DNA of 64,000 nt from an uncultured bacterium (GTDB taxonomy: Bacteria; Patescibacteriota; Patescibacteriia; Patescibacteriales; UBA12465), in NCBI GenBank assembly GCA_903945435.1, contig CAJAVM010000001.1, positions 9,071-73,070 on the forward strand, read 5' to 3'. Both the position numbers and the translations under genes were made by a program. The notes beneath the pieces are model-generated. The model was not told where the DNA came from. It saw nothing but the letters and a program-made list of their open reading frames with translations, and did no database searches. This document shows positions 62,816-64,000 of this stretch, piece by piece. Within the stretch, counting starts at the first letter, position 1. Each line of letters begins with the position of its first letter.

Positions 62816-64000
62816 ATGCGTTTAGCGATTCTTAAAAAAAATACAGTTATTAAATTCGCGAGTTTAATTTTTCTGTTTGTTTTATTATCGCCAACCTTAG
62901 TTTCGGCCGCGGCTTGCCAATGGGAAGTCCTTACCATCAGTTCGAGCCCTAGTATGATTGGAGGAGGAACTACTTATTCTGGCGGTTGTAAAGCCAACCA
63001 AGGTTATACTCAAGATAATACGGGAGGATGTGCTGGTATTACAAAACCAGAAACTACTTCTATGCTTGGACAAATGGCAATTTGTTGTTGCCAACCAAAA
63101 AGTGGGGCAAGCGTTCCTTCTAAGGCTCCTAAATTTGAAATTCCTGATTTACAAGTAAGCCTTACCGGTTTAACCCTAACTCAACCGAAATGTGTACAAG
63201 GAACAAATGGAGAATATACTTGCAAAGTAAACTGGCTAGGAGAATATATAACTTGGATTTATAACTATGCCTTAAAAGTTGCCGGCATTCTAGCGGCGAT
63301 TGTGATGATGGCCGGAGGCGTGATGTGGTTAATTTCTGGCGGTGATGCAGGAAAAGTTGGCCAAGCTAAAGAAATGATAATTGGTAGCATCACTGGACTT
63401 ATTATTCTCTTCTCTTCTTATTTATTATTAATCCAAATAAATCCTGATTTAGTAAATTTCCGGCCAATAACCATCGGCGCTTTAAGCGACCAACAGGTAA
63501 GCAGTTTAATAGACTCAAAAAATGGCGGCTTGTCGGATACTTATCGTAATGCAAACTGTGCGACTGATCAAGAGTTAAAAAATGGGGTAGACTTCTATGC
63601 AACTGGCTATTGCCGTCCTACTTGGGCCGATACTAAGAAATTTTATTGTGCAATCGCCATGAACTGCTCTTGTCCTGGAGGTGATGCTGGAGTGGATACA
63701 TCTCAAAATTGTGATGAGTTTTTTCCCAAGTTTAAAAATTATCACCCTTGTAAACCATTTACTAAAGATACTAGTTACTGCAATGCAACCAAGAGCGGAA
63801 CTCCTCCAGGTCCCGGAACTATTGCTGGACCAATAAAATGCGGAAACTTATCGCTCGGGGATAAAGTTTGTTTTAACGGAAAAAATTATACTATTACTGA
63901 CTCTGGAGGAGCTATTGAGGGGAAAAGAATTGATATCTGGACGGGAGATTGTTCAGGTGCTAGCTCCGTAACCGGTACAGGAGTTTTAACAAAAGGCGCC
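62816..64000 (+). CDS. T4SS-pilin-like membrane protein fused to a C-terminal 3D (MltA/RlpA-like) domain; 3' end beyond window
   Basis: ORF not in the track because it runs off the edge. ATG at 62816, with 395 codons open to 64000. Signal peptide and Cys-rich N-terminal domain, then a pilin core WLGEYITWIYNYALKVAGILAAIVMMAGGVMWLISGGDAGKVGQAKEMIIGSITGLIILFSSYLLLIQINPDL paralogous to 60952-61935. This is followed by FYATGYC... and YTITDSGGAIEGKRIDIW (3D-domain signature). Confidence 0.75.
   Translation, partial: MRLAILKKNTVIKFASLIFLFVLLSPTLVSAAACQWEVLTISSSPSMIGGGTTYSGGCKANQGYTQDNTGGCAGITKPETTSMLGQMAICCCQPKSGASVPSKAPKFEIPDLQVSLTGLTLTQPKCVQGTNGEYTCKVNWLGEYITWIYNYALKVAGILAAIVMMAGGVMWLISGGDAGKVGQAKEMIIGSITGLIILFSSYLLLIQINPDLVNFRPITIGALSDQQVSSLIDSKNGGLSDTYRNANCATDQELKNGVDFYATGYCRPTWADTKKFYCAIAMNCSCPGGDAGVDTSQNCDEFFPKFKNYHPCKPFTKDTSYCNATKSGTPPGPGTIAGPIKCGNLSLGDKVCFNGKNYTITDSGGAIEGKRIDIWTGDCSGASSVTGTGVLTKGA

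Noticed and set aside
62897-63602. ORFs 62897-63094 (-), 62958-63158 (+) and 63402-63602 (-).
   Set aside because: All lie inside the long unlisted plus-strand ORF 62816-64000, which has a signal peptide, a pilin core paralogous to 60952-61935 and a 3D-domain signature.

Overview
AT-rich bacterial chromosomal segment, about 25-35% GC in hand-counted stretches. The gene content is most consistent with a reduced-genome Candidate Phyla Radiation (Patescibacteria)-type organism; that assignment is inference from gene content. Supporting content includes a four-subunit pyruvate:ferredoxin oxidoreductase, a short SAH hydrolase, T4SS-pilin-like genes, a giant Cys-rich surface protein and no obvious biosynthetic operons.

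Recognisable housekeeping genes: glmS, recG, radA, metK, ahcY, rsmA, leuS, xth, porCDAB, three tRNAs, a HIT protein, two GNATs, a YhhQ-type transporter, a GtrA plus polytopic membrane protein pair, and a hemerythrin.

Four accessory regions stand out:
- 21.5-37.3 kb holds eight tandem paralogs that each end in a PEP-utilizer phosphohistidine swivel domain. With them are one stand-alone PPDK_N ATP-grasp gene and three histidine-phosphatase (PGAM/SixA-like) genes. Two of the paralogs carry N-terminal winged-HTH domains and have palindromes in their own promoters. I read this as a split, combinatorial 'X,water dikinase / rifampin-phosphotransferase-like' phospho-His system, and it is my top candidate for an undescribed system.
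- A Gram-positive-type T4SS-like module (VirB4, PrgI-like and partners) lies at 16.3-21.4 kb. A second envelope locus at 41-54 kb encodes an 875-aa polytopic protein, a 2664-aa Cys-rich multi-lectin-like giant protein and a TSP3-repeat protein.
- A dsbA-porC-porD-porA-[pilin-like]-porB-[pilin-like::3D domain] operon, in which surface-protein genes are wedged into a core metabolic operon with 1-2 nt spacers.
- A C5-methyltransferase plus HinP1I-like endonuclease pair, followed by unknown genes, abuts the 3' end of tRNA-Ser.

Two GC-rich islets (14.6 kb and 26.5-27.7 kb) have textbook TTGACA-17-TATAAT promoters and look foreign.

All homology statements come from motif recognition by eye. No searches were run, and start codons are best guesses.
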